A stretch of 64,000 bases of DNA, from contig NC_057718.1 in the NCBI RefSeq assembly GCF_004010195.1, positions 77,811,571 to 77,875,570 of the forward strand, given 5' to 3'. Shown one piece after another: positions 62,660 to 64,000 of this stretch. The first letter of the stretch is position 1. Every line of letters begins with the position of its first letter. The DNA comes from Chiloscyllium plagiosum (lineage: Eukaryota). Both the position numbers and the translations under genes were made by a program. A model generated the notes under the pieces. It searched no databases, had not been told where the DNA came from, and saw only the letters and a program-made list of their open reading frames with translations.

Positions 62660-63375
62660 TAGAACGGTATAGTACAGGAACAGGCCCTTTGGATTACCAT
62701 GTCTCTGCTGGCTATGATGCCATTCAAAACTAATTCCATCTCCCTGCACAAGTCCATATCCCTCTGTTCTCTGCCTGTTCATGTTCCTGTTTAAATGCCT
62801 CTTAAACTTTGCTAATGTACCTGCTTCCCTGATACCACCTCCCAGATAGTGCATTCCAGGCAACGCTCACCCATTGTATTAAAATAACTTTCCTCACACA
62901 CCACCTCCGTTAAACCTAGTCCCTCTCACCTTAAACCTATGCTCACTAGTACTTGATATTTCCACACTGGGAAAGAAACTCTGAACAACCACTGTATCTA
63001 TGCTTCTCATAATTTTTTATATTGTGATCAGGTCACCCCGCTGCCTCCAACGTCTAGCAAAAACATTCCAAGCTTGTCCAACCTCTCCCTATATATAATA
63101 CACTCCAATCCAGTCAACATCCTGCAAACCTCTTTTGAGCCATCTTGGAAGCCTTCACACCCTTCCTGTAGAGTGGGGAGCAGAACTGCACACAATCCTC
63201 CAAACATGGCTTGACCAAAGTCTTATGCAAAATGATTTGCCAATTTTTATTCTCAATGTTCTGACCAATGAAGGCAAGCATGCCATATGCCTTCTTTACC
63301 ACCTTATCCATTTGTGCAGCCACTTTCAGTGAGCTGTGGACTTGCACCCCAAGATCCCTTTGTATATAAATGCTT
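62660..63375 (-). mobile_element. CR1 3' fragment
   Basis: ORF 63114..63347 (VVKKAYGMLAFI, LVKPCLEDCVQF). Confidence 0.9.
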
Positions 63376-63379
63376 CTGA

Positions 63380-64000
63380 TTACATGGATCGCTTGGAGCA
63401 GCAGTGAGGGGCAATAAGGAATTTACAAGAGCTGGGGTGGGATGGATGGTAGTTATAGGAAGGGACAAGAGCCGCAGTTACATTCAGGTAGATGGATTAA
63501 CTCTAGGAAAGGTAGGAGGAGTAGGCAGATAGTGCAGGAGTCTCCTGTGGCTATCCCCATTTCAAACAAGTAAGCTGTCTTGGAAAACATAGGGGAATGT
63601 AGCACAAACAGTCAAGTGTCTGGTATTGAGACTGACTCTAATGTAATGAGGGGTACGTTGGATTCCAAGTGATCGATTGTGATAGGGGACTCTCTAGTCA
63701 GAGGCACAGACGGATGTTCCTGCGGGCAGCAGCGAAAAGTCAGATTGGTGTGTTGCCTCCCTGATGCCAGGATCAAGGATATCTCAGAAAGAGTGCAGAG
63801 TATTCTCAAAGGGGAGAGGAACCAGCGGGAGGTCATTGTACACATTGGAACTAACAACATAGGAAGGGAAAAGGATGACACTCTGAAGGGAGAAGACAGA
63901 AAGTTAGGCAGGAATTTAAAAAGGAGGTCCTCGAGGGTAGCAATATCTAGATTACTTCCGGTGCTATGAGCTAGTGAGGGTAGGAATAGGAAGATAGGGC
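63380..64000 (+). mobile_element. CR1 ORF1 SGNH-esterase region (runs off the window)
   Basis: ORF 63679..63969 IGDSLVRG...CLPDARIKD...VIVHIGTNNIG. Confidence 0.88.

Overview
Repeat-saturated, apparently non-genic vertebrate DNA. The repeat set (HE1/V-type SINEs, DeuSINE, many CR1 LINEs) suggests a cartilaginous fish, probably a shark; this is inference. I found no convincing host protein-coding gene or intact TE ORF. Nearly all ORFs in the track are decayed CR1, RTE, Gypsy or Penelope fragments, or chance frames. The window holds many nested CR1 pieces, RTE fragments, two decayed Gypsy elements (one with a tRNA-Leu-like PBS), three unrelated solo LTRs with 4-bp TSDs, and several SINEs. The most striking signal is ~15 insertions from at least three Penelope-like (PLE) families. 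Many are only 150-350 bp fold-back elements: two inverted PLE termini, a 30-45 nt unpaired tail on one side, and 10-17 bp TSDs. Intact arms carry a minimal hammerhead-ribozyme core (CTGANGA-A-stem II-GAAA-palindromic ACGT/AGCT), with a different but base-paired stem II in each family. One PLE insertion also has five head-to-tail inverted copies of a 45-bp piece of its own endonuclease sequence inside its TSD. Boundaries of old repeats are approximate; TSD and hairpin coordinates were read directly.
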